The notes: generated by a model not told the origin, from the letters alone. Shown: positions 37,998 to 50,721, counted from the stretch's first letter. The stretch: DNA of 64,000 nucleotides from Paraphysomonas bandaiensis (GCA_965644295.1 CBFFRP010000108.1:124001-188000); one strand, 5' to 3'. Numbers and translations: made by a program.

Positions 37998-39669
37998 CTA
38001 ACTCAATCTGAAAAAATTAAATGCAGTCGCCGTGGTGGTACTGCGAACTGTTTCTACGTCAACTTCTAAGCACTCAGCCAGCTTATCCGCAACTCCATTG
38101 ACATCCATGGGTTCACTCTCCCTTCTTCCTTTCACGAACCCCATCCATGGTGCATCCGTCTCTATCATGATTCGCTCTAGAGGCACTGTGCCGCTTCGGA
38201 GTATTTCTCTAAGCACCGCACCTCGCTCGTGCTTGCAAAGCGTGCCTGTAAACCCAATAAAAAATCCACGCTCTATATAAGCGATTGCTTCCTCGTGAGA
38301 ACCAGTGAAGCAATGAACCACCAGTGGTGGCAATCTTCCGGAAAACCTAAAACATATACACATAACTTCCTGTCGCATAACATTCAAACAAGCAAACGAT
38401 ATCACACTAATCTACATTATTAATTCTCTACTTAGTTCTATAACAAAATCTTCTCAAAATGTGAACATTAAGTTGTTACCTATCAAGAACTTCTAGTAAA
38501 GCCTCATGTGCCTCTCTCTCATGCACAAACATTGGCATGCCTAACTCACAGGCGAGCTCCACCTGAGCCTCGAATGCCCTAATCTGTTCTTCACTGGAGC
38601 TAAAGTTGCGATTGAAGTCTAAACCACACTCTCCTATAGCAACCACCAAAGGGTCTGCAGCAAGCTCTCGCAGGCGTTGCGTAGTGGATTCAGTGAATGA
38701 TTTCGCATCGTGAGGATGGATGCCGGCAGTACAGTATGCCGCCAACTTGGGATGGCGTACATTTTTTGTGCCCTTCTCCTGGGCCCACTGTCGGGCTATT
38801 CGTATAGACCCTTCTACACATCGTATTGAAGTTCCAGTAAGAAGAACAGCTACAACCTTTGCCTCTTCCGCTCGTAGAAATATATCGCGCCATTTGCCCC
38901 GTAGCTGCTTGCTAGTAATATTAATACCGATATCCACAACTCCGCATGCCTCTTTTGGCCCAAAACCTGAACCTAACCCAGAAATCTCACTCGTGTCATT
39001 AATGCTGGGAAATACTTTGGTGTCTTGATGTACTGTTTTAGTTACCTCTTGGCTAGTCGCGTCTGAGTCTTGCGTCAAACAATTAGCTTCATTATTACTC
39101 TGACCTCCACCACTCTTTTCACGTGATATCAGTCGTTCAAGTTTCTTGTTGAGGTGTCGGCGTCGATTCTTTCGTTGCTGAGCAGTTAGTGTTGCATCAC
39201 TGTCTAGTTCATACAATTTTTGTCGGATGGACTGAATTGATTCCGCATTTTTAGATGCGTTTGGTTCAACTTGAACGTTTTGTACGGTATCCACATGCAA
39301 AATAGGGCCAAATTTGACCTCAAAACACTCGTCGCTACAATTAGCTATTTCAGAGAGTACATGGCCATGACATCTCTTTGGCGAACACCAGCACGCAAGT
39401 ATTTTTCCTCGGAGTTCTGCTCTCGCTTTCTGTATAAGTTGAGGTTGTGTCAGTATCCACTCACTAAACTCTCTACACACTCTATTGTGCTCCCTCTCTG
39501 ATTGTTTTCGCATTTGAAATGGGTTACCCCACTGTGGATTTGAACCTTTCGGCATTCCTGCAGAGGCTCTTCCGATATATACATCATAAGGGGACTTCTT
39601 GCAGTGAACGACATATTGCTTCCACTGCTCGTCCATTCCCAGTTCATCCAGACTATTGAAAGCAGCCAT
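37998..39669 (-). CDS. tatD: DUF4326-TatD nuclease fusion protein, copy 2, with a longer linker. Exons 39669-38480 and 38346-37998.
   Basis: Same motifs as copy 1; exon-1 ORF is 46 aa longer; GT-AG intron 38479-38347. Confidence 0.9.
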
Positions 39670-40246
39670 TGATGCAAGCTAACCACTAATATCCTTGTAA
39701 GAGTGCCGGTGATATTGTATATAATGGTTTATGGTTAAGTGTGTGGATACTGTACCGTGATATCTATAGATCACATGAGTGAGATGATGCTGCCCTATCG
39801 GATGCCGGATGACCAGAAAGAAAATACGGAGAAAGTCCTGGTGTATTATACATACCAGTATACCAGTACAGCAGCACGTATGCACCAGTACAGGTGGATA
39901 TGTATGGTATACATCCACTCCTCTTGTTCCTTCTGTACATATGTGCACTCCACTATGAACCAATCACATACTTCTATCGCATATTTGTTGGTATCAAAGA
40001 TCACACTTCTGAAAGTTATGTGGAAGGGGTGGAATTAACCAGCATATGCTCGCTCAGTGTCATTGCACCATATATTGATGACTTCATGTAATGAAGTGAA
40101 GTGGCGAATTTAAGTTGATCATGTATACACGTATATCATATGAACGAAGCGTAAGATGGGCACATGTACGTGTATTCTAGACACACATATATACATACAT
40201 ATAATCCATCCGTCCACATATACATACATAACATACACAATATAAG

Positions 40247-43200
40247 ATGAGGATATCCCGCAGCACTCTATACGCTCTCTATACAATGTACACCACATCT
40301 TTATGTTTTTCCTTCATGGGAGCATTCACATGGGCAGGCCCATTGACCTACATCTCCGCTGTGTTGTCTGCTCTATCAGCTGTTATGTATTTTGGTGCAT
40401 GGTTACGTAGTTTCTTAGGCGTTATATGGGGCACATGCTGGGCATCTCTTGGAGGTACACTTGTTGGGATCGCCTGGAAGCTTCCAACCCTCCAGTTCTT
40501 CCTGATATTCATTGGGATATGTTGGATTAATAAGTGTTCTATGTGGAGCCCAACATCCAAGACATTTGGAGGGATTCTATTCACTATTGGGGCATTATGG
40601 CCGACTGTGAGTGATGGTGCTGTTGTTGGGTGGGCATCATTTGGTGGATTGATATTGTTTGCAATCGTTCCCGTGTTTTTAACTGGAGTTACTCTTATTT
40701 TTCCCTTTCCAATGCTCGCATTGGGTCGGCTGTCGATACTAGTTAATGAATTATGTCAGGATCTGTCATGTGTAGTTAGCGCTTATGTGGATGCATTCTG
40801 CTTTTCTGACAGAGCAGATTTTCATATATCTGTAGCGGAATCCTATATCAATGATGCTAGAAATTCATTACGTACACTAAAGGAAGTGTCGTCTCATATT
40901 TCCGCGGAATCATGGGTATTCCCATCTTTGAGACCTCTAGCAACCATGCTCATCGCATTCACACCTATCATCAGTCAAGTGATAGACGATCTTACGCTTC
41001 TTCGGGATATGATAGAAGATATCGTTCCCAATGAGACTCACCAGAGGTTTGTATCTCTTCTTAAGGGGCCCCTAGATCAGGCTGTCAATGAAGTGTCTAC
41101 TGTACTGACTGAAATTGTGACTTATCGAATATCTTCCTATGACTTTCAAGTTTCAGAAACGGGTTTCGTAGGGAGGGCATACTGGTCATGGCGTAGAGTT
41201 ATCACGCAACTGTGGATGACACACCTGCAAAGTTCAAGCTGGAGTATACAAAGCCCTGCTAAACACCGGTCGGTGTGCTCACCAGATATAGTGAGTGCAG
41301 CTTTCCTACGTATGTCTGTATGTCGCTCCAAGATCATGCAGGCAACTCAACGAGCAAGAGAAAAGTATGTTTTTGTCCGTCCACCTTCGAAAGGACCTCC
41401 CTCTGTGACATCCTGCACCCGTAGTAGAAATTTCTCTGCAGACCATCTCTCTGTGGAAGAAGATGCTAAGTACGCGGAATATGTTGGATTCGGCAGCGCC
41501 TGGGACGTGGGAGATGAGGCAGAAGAAAAGACAAAAGCTTCCCTTGAAATGGTACCCCAAGGGGAAATTGCGTTTAGTAATACGGAGGTAATGACTGTTC
41601 TTTCTCTGGATAGTAGTACTGGTACTCGAATTCAACGATCGAATTCTCTGCCCCTGGAGGGTGAAGGCTCAATTCAGTCTGCAGATGAATCCAACAAGTC
41701 TTGTAATGGTTTGGATACAGATATGTGCAGCCGAGTAGTGACTGTATTGTACAGAGAAAATCTTCGACTTGGGACCCGTAATTTGGCTCCACGAGGAGCT
41801 TTTCTGTGCCGCCTACTTGCGGTAATGTCTACCCTTGAAACATTGGAAGGGGTACTTTTGGCAGATTCTTCTTCACAAAGTACATCGTATATCGGATGGC
41901 TACTAGAAGCATTGTGGACTTCTATCAAAAGCGCGCTATTTTACCTTGTAGATTGTTCAACTGAGCCTTTTGCTATCTGTAGCAGTCTGTATGCTGTAGT
42001 TGTCTCATATATAACCCAGTCTAGGTCTGGGGTTTCTTCTGAGCTTGCTCACTTGAGGTCGTATCAACACCCTATGAAACTTGCCCTGATCTCGTCTTTG
42101 TGCTCTCTCCTTGTTCTCTCTCCCACATTGTACAACATGTTTCCGTATGGCTTATGGGGAAGTGTGGTTGTAACTCTTATCCGACAAGACAATGCCGCAT
42201 CATCATTTAATAAGGGATATCAACGTATTGAAGGCACTGTCGTGGGGTGTTTGTTCTCATACCTTGTTTCGCAAATACTGCAATGTCACAAAGATAGCTG
42301 TAACAACGCTACGATCATTACTGTTATCGTGTTCTGGCTGGGTGTATGTGCCTATTTCAGAGAGCGTCCTAGGCATGGTTATGCTGGGATTGTAGCCGGT
42401 TTTACACCTATCATTGTTCTGTTGGGGCCTACCCGCGGTTCGCAAGACGCCACGTGGGGAAGGGTTGAAATGACCTTCTTAGGTGTAGCTGTATATCTTA
42501 TTATCGATAATGTTCTCCTCCCGAGTAGAGCAGATGTAGCTTTACGGTCAACAGCAGTGCGGTCTATTCGCCAGCTTCGCGATGTGTTGGGAGCTATTAG
42601 ACATTCGATGGATGCTTTGCTCTCCTACAAACCAGAGCTCCTTCATTGCGGTGATAGAAGAGAAACTCACGACGAAGAAAATATGCTTGATGGTAAAGTT
42701 AAGTATTCTTCCCTTATAGAATCTGACGAGGCAGAAGCATTGGAAGTAAGTTCAACTCACTCTACTACATCAGGAGAACTCGTGGATATTGTTACGAATG
42801 CGACCACGACTCTTGGCCCGTTCATGACTAGCGTCACTGTTCAACGAGAATTAATAGAGCTGGCGGTTCTAGAGCCAATAATATGGCACAGGTTCGCTTT
42901 AAATCATGTCATGTTTTTTTGGTTTTACGTTGGATACAATTAGACCTTTTCCTACGGCAGCTTATGAGCGGTTAATAGTGTGTCTAGAGGCAGTCGCTCT
43001 GTCGTCTAGGTCAATGTGCGCTGCCATCACTGCTGCGGCGAAGTGCCTCGCTAGCCTACCACCGGATACAGCAGCTATCAATATTAGCGTCTTGCAGCAT
43101 ATGAACATGCATCTTATTGAGGTAGTTTTTCCTTTGTACCAGAGTTAAGTTTTATGTTGCGGTTAGGTCTTTAACACCGCGGAGGACGCTTTAAAATGTC

Positions 43201-43617
43201 AAGGAAATGCTCTTAAAAGGTGGAATCACGTATCACTAATGTTTGCGTTTTAAGTTTTGTACAGAATGTTTTATGGTAAACACTACCTCCGTAGCGAGTC
43301 AGAGGCAACGACAACTTTGTCGGCCATTATTACACTCTCAAAGATCGTGGAACTGTCATTGACACGCTTAGATGAAGCGTTTAGAGTGTATTATTATCGA
43401 GCGACATTTAATCTAGGGGAAGGTCGGGTCAACGTTGGCTTTGTGACTCATTGGCAGGTTGGTCGACTGCCTATGGTTGTTTATTGATGTATAATTTTAT
43501 GTAATTGGCTTACAGAACATTTATGGAAGCACTAGACAACATATGAGAAGCTTGACACAACTTGGTATCGCACTTCATCGTGTCCGTAGTATAGAGTCGC
43601 ATGGATATTGTGCTTAA
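40247..43617 (+). CDS. FUSC/ALMT/aromatic-acid-exporter superfamily membrane protein, multi-exon
   Basis: Two clusters of TM helices separated by a helical soluble region. Motifs ASSFNKGYQRIEGTVVG, GYAGIVAGFT, RVEMTFLG and spliced EPIIWHR|PFP.AAY. Small 3' exons end at TAA 43617. Confidence 0.8.
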
Positions 43618-44443
43618 GTTTTGACTATATTTTTGATATGTATATTTATATATTTGTATTGTTTATCTTGACACCCGTAGTATATGTAGTCTAAATGCAT
43701 AGGTTGTTTTCAAAAAGGAGTACTATCATGAGCGGGAATATTTTCGCCTTCATGGGGGAAACGATAGAGTTTTCGGCATATAGCCTGATGAATTTTGATA
43801 AATACGTTAACTACATTGCTGCAATCATAACATCCTTTTTTGTATGAATCTGTAGTCTAAATGTCTAAATGTAAAAACGTGCTTTATAATCTCAATTTTT
43901 TCTTCCCTAGCACTTTGAAGTTTGATTGCGTCTATTGAGTATCATAGCTAGTTGTCGTCTGGAAGAATTTTATAAAAGGAACTGACAATATAGACTGACA
44001 TTTATCAGAGTTTTATGTTTTATAGCCTTGGTATATAGACTACTTTGGATTTTGGATGCCTAACCTTGTAGTGTATCTCGACTTGTGTCATATGTGTAAC
44101 CTTATTATATATTCTATAGAAAAATTGTGGTAATATATTTGTCCCTACTTAATTTATCCGACGTTCCTACTAAACCAAAAAGTGCCGTTTGTTGTGTTTC
44201 TACTAAATCACGCAACGATTATGCAAATGAGCTCCAACCAAGTAGGATATAACAGCATACTAACAAAAACATCAGCTTCGTAATGTAAAAAGGTATGACT
44301 TGCTTCTTATTAAATACAAGGCTAGATGTTGAAGAACTTCCGAGCAACTTCTAGTACGAAGTGGGCGGTATCCAAATGTCAAAATTACAATGTTTTAACT
44401 AAACACAGCAGTCGCCCACAAGATTAAGTAATCAGGAGGGCGT

Positions 44444-45899
44444 TTACATTGCGGGGAACTCGGTTACAAATTCCCTGGAAACCTTAGACAAGTGATTGAG
44501 CACTTCCACAGTACCAACCCACAGGTTGGTCTCGTGGTACGTGACACCCTCTGCCTTGCAGAAGGAAGTAACAAGCTCGTGCGCCTTCTTCAGGTTGTGC
44601 CTGGGCAAAGATGGGAAAAGGTGATGGTCAACCTGGTACTGCAACCCCCCACAAAACCAATCCACAAACCAGTTTGAGGTAATATTACGGGTGGTGGAGA
44701 CCTGGAGCTTCCAAAAGTCGGGACGCTTGTCAGCAGGATACACGGACATACCGTTGTGTCCGAGGCCGAACACTGTGGCGAGGAAAAGACCACATGAAGT
44801 CTGGCATACAAGGAAATATGCTAGTGCATTCAAAAGTGGCATACGTGAAAGGATGAATAGAAGTCCGACGTAGTGCAGAATAAGGCCGATCTTCTCAAGC
44901 GTGGGGTACTGAATCTTTTTCTTGTCAAGGGTGGCGTTCTTCACACTCCACTGCCCCATACCGCCAAAAACGAACACCCAGGACTGGTGTGCCCAGGCCA
45001 GACGGGCAAAAAGAAGTACTGGAAAGTAGAAGACAGCTTGCCAGCGGATCATAAACCGGCCGAAATCGCTATCCTTAGCAGTCTCAGCCATTTTAAGCGA
45101 CCAGGCAAGAATGGGCATGGTATCAATGTCAGGGTCACCATCAGCCGCTGCCGGGGATGACTCGTGCAGGTTGGGCACCGCATGGTGGGTGTTATGCTTC
45201 GACTTCCACCACTGTACGGAAAACCCTTGGAAAAAGTTTCCAAGAAAGATTCCCATAAGGTCACCATAAAGACGGTTTTTAAACACTTGGTGATGGAGGA
45301 AGTCATGCGCGAGCCAGCCGCACTGCTGCCAGAAAAGCCCGAGAACAGTGGCTCCAATCATCTGGATAATGAAAGAAGAAGCCATAGCACACCGAACGGC
45401 AATGCACAGCAGCAAGATGTTGGAAAGCACCTTGTAGAGGTAGTAGACAGGATCGGAGTTAAAAAGTCCAAGTGCAAGCATCTTCCCTCTGAGCTCTCTG
45501 TAAGCTTTCTCAAACTCCCGCTGTTTCTCTGGTGCAAGACGATTCTCACGAGCCTTAGGAGATGAGTTCTCATCAAGTTCACCAATATAAAAACGATTGA
45601 GTTCCTTTAAAGCTGATGATGGATGAAATGCTGCAAATATATCCGTACAATCATCTCCTGCATGAGTGAATATAACGGACCCTCCGGGATGATCACTCCA
45701 GTTACTCACATCATATACTTTACCCTAAGAAACCCTTCAGTACATGTATAATGCAGTATACGGGGGTATGTACCTTATGAACTAACCAGGCGTCTCCTGG
45801 TGTACGATGCTGGCCTACTTCATCAGGGGTAATCTTCCTGGCCACTGGTTCCACAGGGAATACGTTTTGATCACCACCAGATCCTGCTCCTTTCCCCAT
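44444..45899 (-). CDS. Front-end fatty acid desaturase, probably delta-6, with an N-terminal cytochrome b5 domain; 2 exons
   Basis: MGKG start, DAWLVHK|GKVYDVSNW.DHPGG, His boxes HDFLHH, HNTHH and QVDHH, DGDPDIDTMP, C-terminal EFPAM. Confidence 0.92.
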
Positions 45900-46452
45900 T
45901 ATATTATATTATGATCTAGAGAGCAAGTTAATATTATGATGAGATGAGGGATATGGATGTGTATGTATGTATGTATATGGGCTCCGATCTTACGGGAGAG
46001 TCCATAGGTTGCATGCTCCATACAGGAGACGGGCAGGAAGCCATTCCTTTTGAACACATATGATAGTGACTACATTCCACTTCATCCACAACGTCATCGA
46101 ATATAGCCAATCATTGAGGTTCTGTTATGTAGATATGCATCACCAGCAGCAAGAAGAGCGATCGAAGATACTGAAAACGGTCAGATTGTGGAGGTATAAT
46201 ACGCTCCTGTATATAGTGTATTACACTGACACAGTAATATGTGAATACTGTCCTGTACGTACAAGATATAAGAATGTTCTGTGTATGTGTACAGCAGTGT
46301 ACATGTACATGTATAGGCAGTCCCGTATGATGTCTATCACACCACATCATCATATCATATAACGAAGTCTAGTGAAGTGGATATTAAGAAGATCACTAAC
46401 TTCACTATACCCACACACGCCTCTACTTAACAACACCCACACCCACACCCAC

Positions 46453-48063
46453 ATGCTCTCCAACCCATCTCTACGTATACATACATACAGCGCTGTGTTA
46501 CGTCTCCGGTCCCCTCTCATCTATCGCTCTATATCACACCACAACACATTCAATTACGATCAATTCACACGCCAGTTTATTAATGAAATTAAAGATGTAC
46601 ATACTGCTACTGATCCAACACAGTCTTCTCGTATACTCAGACGTCTAGTTCAATCCAAACACCTCATGTTTACTGATATGTCTGATAATCCTGCGAAGTT
46701 CTTCCTAGCTCATCGGCTACTGGCCACAGTAGGATTAGGAGGGTTTGGTATACGATTCACAGTACAGTATAATCTATTCGCTGGTTCGATTGTAGGACTT
46801 GCAGGAGAAGAGCAGTTAAAACTATTGGACTCTATACAAGAGAAGGGGCAGTTAGGGTGCTTCTTGTTGACTGAGATGCAAGCAGGAGTTCTCTCTGGAT
46901 TGATTGTAGAGACCACTGCTGACTGGGATGATCAAAATCAGCAATTTATATTGCACACGCCATCTGATAAAGCAGCAAAGAATTGGATTAGTCAGGGGTA
47001 TACGGCAGAGTTGGGGGTAGTCATTGCTGATCTACGTGTAGGAGGCACCAGCTACGGTCCACATGCTTTTTTCATGAATCTACGCGACGGAGAGGAGGGA
47101 AATCTGCTACCCGGAATACGAATTGAAGACATGGGATACAAAACCGTGGCAAATGACTTGGATAATGCTAGAGTGTGGTTTGACAAAGTCCGTTTGCCTA
47201 AGAGTGCCCTCCTGAATAAATTCGCAGATATTCAGGACAACAGATATGTGCAGGTGGGAACTGAACGGATGCGCATCGAGGTCATAGGACAGCGACTACT
47301 CACAGGCCGTCTTGCAATTGCAGAAGCAGCTCTTGTGTCATGCCGCGTTTTACACATGAAGACTGAAGAATATGCCCGCAGAAAAGTCTGCAATGGATTA
47401 GCGGGTGAAACGGAGTTGTACAACATGCCACAATTGCGGGCAGTGTTCGATGAGTCATATAAAGCTCTGGATGATATGATTGGGTTCGTAGCAGCGGTAG
47501 AGGAGCAACTCAATGATTGTCTGATTGCGGGTCGAATTCCTGATCAAGAGCTAGTGGAGGCAATTAGTGTGAGTAAAATAAGGGCAATAAGTACTGCTAT
47601 CGAACGTGCTCACGCACTTAGACTGGAGGTGGGGTCTTACGCTTTAATGCACGACACTGGGTTTGAATTGATGGATATGCTCCTCTGCTGCAAGTTTGCT
47701 GAAGGAGACTCCCGCATTCTTCAAATGAAACTCGCACGTGATAGACTCAAGCGCATACAACGGGAAGGGCTCGCGAAAACAGCTATTCAATTTCTCCAAC
47801 CGGCACGCAAAGAGGTTTTGGCAGCTGGTAATCTAGCCTGGAAGTTATCATCCGCGGGTAGAGATGTAAAGAAAATGGATGCTTTATTCAGGGAGAATTG
47901 GAAGGATATATACGCCCTTTCGAAGCTTATTGAAGATCGATACATTTCCAGCTACCCCAGGAAGCAGTTTATGGAGCCAATGGTCAACCGCCTCACTGGT
48001 GCAAACGCTGCGTATGATCTTTCCTGGAAAGAGAAGTTAGGTAAGAGCGAAACGTCTCAATAA
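46453..48063 (+). CDS. Acyl-CoA oxidase/dehydrogenase family flavoprotein
   Basis: FTVQYNLFAG, GCFLLTE, ETTA.WD..FILHTP..A.KNWI, EDMG.K....LDNA.VWFD.VRLP, FAEGD (catalytic Glu). First ATG at 46453. Confidence 0.85.
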   Translation: MLSNPSLRIHTYSAVLRLRSPLIYRSISHHNTFNYDQFTRQFINEIKDVHTATDPTQSSRILRRLVQSKHLMFTDMSDNPAKFFLAHRLLATVGLGGFGIRFTVQYNLFAGSIVGLAGEEQLKLLDSIQEKGQLGCFLLTEMQAGVLSGLIVETTADWDDQNQQFILHTPSDKAAKNWISQGYTAELGVVIADLRVGGTSYGPHAFFMNLRDGEEGNLLPGIRIEDMGYKTVANDLDNARVWFDKVRLPKSALLNKFADIQDNRYVQVGTERMRIEVIGQRLLTGRLAIAEAALVSCRVLHMKTEEYARRKVCNGLAGETELYNMPQLRAVFDESYKALDDMIGFVAAVEEQLNDCLIAGRIPDQELVEAISVSKIRAISTAIERAHALRLEVGSYALMHDTGFELMDMLLCCKFAEGDSRILQMKLARDRLKRIQREGLAKTAIQFLQPARKEVLAAGNLAWKLSSAGRDVKKMDALFRENWKDIYALSKLIEDRYISSYPRKQFMEPMVNRLTGANAAYDLSWKEKLGKSETSQ

Positions 48064-48914
48064 TTAACATCGGTGTGAATGTTGAATTTAATTGGGATCT
48101 ATGTTCGAATATTCTTAAAACTCAAACTGTTGCAATTATGATACGATATCGAAGAGTTTGCCATTGTACAGCCATAAGTAAGTATACTTTTTGAAGGTCA
48201 TGCCATGCGTTTATTCCATTTTCCACTACAATGTATTAGGGCTAGGGAACAATATATTGCAACATATTGTAGAGTATATTGACAGGTCGTCCGGTAAAAA
48301 TTTACATCAAGAGTGCTAACAATGTAACGTATTGCTACAACTACTATTCTTTTACGGCTACAACTAGTGAGGTAGTACTATGTCTGGTCTATATCCTCTG
48401 ATTATCTCGCAAATGGCGACTATTAGCATGTACTATTGCTTGATATTAGCTTACAACTTACTCCGAAGTATGTACTTGAAACTTGTTGATGTTGTAGCTA
48501 GTACGCTAGTACATGTCCTGTATTCTGTGCAGCAATGAAACACAGGTTGATTGTAGCAACCAGGGTATCTGTGTATCAATTGATTTTCAACGAAATGTCA
48601 ATTATTGAATTGGGACAGCAAATCATCATTTCAATTGTAATTGGCTACAACTTGCATCAATTAATTGAGAATAAACATGTCACACCTCTGGTAACAACAC
48701 AACACCAGTATTTTCTTCTACAAGTAATATACTTAACAGCTAACGTATTTATTATCACCCCTGCATCTATGATATTATCACTGTGATTAGTTCTGCTCTT
48801 TATAATATGCTCTGAAGTCTTACTCTCGAGCAAGATGTCCTACCACCTTCTTACACTTGTTGCAGCTGCCCATATCAGTCTGATCAAAGGTTACGAAAAA
48901 ATCGTGTAGAAAAT

Positions 48915-49157
48915 GTGTCATACGAAGTTCAGGGGAAGTCAATGTCAATCAAGCACAAAGAACACAAGAGAAAGGTCAGAAGCAACAAGTGTAAAAAACT
49001 AGGACATTTTGTCCGAGAGTGCAAGACTCCAGAGCATATTATAAAGTGGATGAAGGGGAGCATCAGATCACAGAGAGTAGATCATGGAAGCAGGGGTGAT
49101 AATAAAGTTAAGCCACCTGTGTGTGAGATATGCCACCTGAAGACCGTTTCATGCTAA
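48915..49157 (+). mobile_element. Possible decayed transposon/retroelement fragment with a degenerate CCHC zinc knuckle
   Basis: SNKCKKLGHFVREC fits Cx2Cx4Hx4C with the first Cys lost; a CEIC motif lies downstream; there is no intact gene context. Confidence 0.3.
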
Positions 49158-49505
49158 CTGGATATATTGTTTGTAGGACTGCTTTGAACCAGAACACCGG
49201 TCTAGCAAGATCAGCAATACTCAGTGTCTTCAAAAGCTCAATTTAATCACCTGTTAATACTTACTGGATGTGGTGTACATCTTCATTGTACAAAGTTGAT
49301 GCTGAATAAGTGAATAACACAACGATAGTCAACATATTCCATTATCATTCGTTAATCAAGGCACATCTGACAATGTCTCGTTAGTTCTGTGAGAATACCA
49401 CTACCCCGTGACATTTTTTGCTGTGTAGGTGGTGATCTATTTTCTTAAACAACACATATAATAATCTATCAGAGCATGCAAACGCACCACTTTTCTCAAA
49501 ATACA

Positions 49506-50384
49506 CTACTTCTTCTTCAAACCGACAGTGCCAGCGAAAAAGAAAACAATAATAACAGCGATGACCCCAACCTGCGAAAACACCATCAGTATATAGATTC
49601 CGTCAATGCTTGTTGTACTTACTGTGAGCATGAAGCAACCCATGTAACCTAGAGTTTTTCCATGTGCTCGTTGATGTCTCTCTGCTGCCCGAATGTGGTC
49701 CACGCCTGCAGATGTGTTCGCTGCAGACCTGTCTATTTGGTCTGCTATAACATTAACTTGCTCACCCTGTACTGTAACAAGCCTGCTGACGTCCATGAAT
49801 AGGGCATTTATTTCTTGTGTTTTCTTGGCAATACTTTCCGCCTCCCGTATCCTCTCCTCAACAAGCATTTCATCAACATCAGAAATGTTTTCTAAAGACC
49901 GCATGTGAATTGCTGACCCGCCTTCCACACCCACGTCTTCGGATGTGCTAGTAGGATGGTGAAAGCTGTCCCTAAACTCATGGGCAGATGTCATGCTGAG
50001 CTCCGCAAGTTCAAAACTAACTGTAGTAAATTGCTCCAAGACCACCATAAACTCTCGTTCTAGTTTTGTTTTCTTATGGTTTTGTGTGCGATTGATCGGA
50101 TCCTCAAGATCGTGTTCATTGAATGACAGTCTGTCTAACCCCTGTTTGATCTCCTGACAGATCTTATTCATAGACTCCTCTTGCTCGAGAAGATGAGAAA
50201 AACTCTTGTTACCTTTAGCAACATCTAATTTCTTTTTAAGTGCATGTGTTTGTGTATCTAACCACTTTAGTTTTTTGGATAGGTCGTCTATAGTTGCAGG
50301 CCCGCTGTGAGGTGAGCTGATTAGTTCAGGTGTCCTCTTATGAGCAGGGTTAATCACCACTGCTTCATCAAAAGCCGAAGCCAT
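49506..50384 (-). CDS. Syntaxin (Qa-SNARE, probably endosomal SYP2/STX7-like)
   Basis: Habc-like helices, SNARE motif ERIRE..SI....QEINALFMDVSRLVTVQGEQVNVI and a C-terminal TM helix. In-frame 51-nt intron 49622-49572. Confidence 0.88.
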   Translation of the reverse strand: MASAFDEAVVINPAHKRTPELISSPHSGPATIDDLSKKLKWLDTQTHALKKKLDVAKGNKSFSHLLEQEESMNKICQEIKQGLDRLSFNEHDLEDPINRTQNHKKTKLEREFMVVLEQFTTVSFELAELSMTSAHEFRDSFHHPTSTSEDVGVEGGSAIHMRSLENISDVDEMLVEERIREAESIAKKTQEINALFMDVSRLVTVQGEQVNVIADQIDRSAANTSAGVDHIRAAERHQRAHGKTLGYMGCFMLTVSTTSIDGIYILMVFSQVGVIAVIIVFFFAGTVGLKKK

Positions 50385-50650
50385 TAGATTAACTATGAAT
50401 GTGTGTTGTAATGGCTATGGATGGATTGTCTTGATAGATGCGTGCAGGACTGCTGTGTATATATAGAGGAAACAACCAACCCATACAGCACTACGATCCA
50501 CTGTATATATACACAGTATCTGCAGATATCAGTCACTGGACGGTAAAAATACCAAGAAAAGTGTGTTTTCTAGCCCGAAAATCACTTTTTATCATATAAA
50601 AAACACGGTTTTTCAACAATACATACTCTGTATTTGTCAACAAAAAACAA

Positions 50651-50721
50651 TACGGCAGCGGGGAATCGAACCCCGGGCAGAAGAATGGGAACCTTCTATG
50701 TTACCACTACACCACTGCCGT
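50651..50721 (-). tRNA. tRNA-Gly(CCC)
   Basis: ACGGCAG/CTGCCGT acceptor stem, A box TGGTGTAGTGG, anticodon arm GAAGG-TTCCCAT-TCTTC, T arm GGTTCGATTCC and a downstream T-run Pol III terminator. Confidence 0.93.

Larger units (their letters stand above)
37299..39724 (-). repeat. Right arm of the inverted segmental duplication
   Basis: Reverse complement of 33547-35854 with scattered substitutions and indels. Confidence 0.93.

Noticed and set aside
33547-39724. DNA transposon with long terminal inverted repeats
   Set aside because: No transposase or target-site duplication is seen, and the arms consist of ordinary spliced genes.
1-39724. A single co-functional immune cluster (RNF213-like, USP7-like, hairpin, TatD)
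   Set aside because: Proximity is the only evidence, unrelated genes are interspersed, and eukaryotic gene order is weak support without synteny or co-expression.
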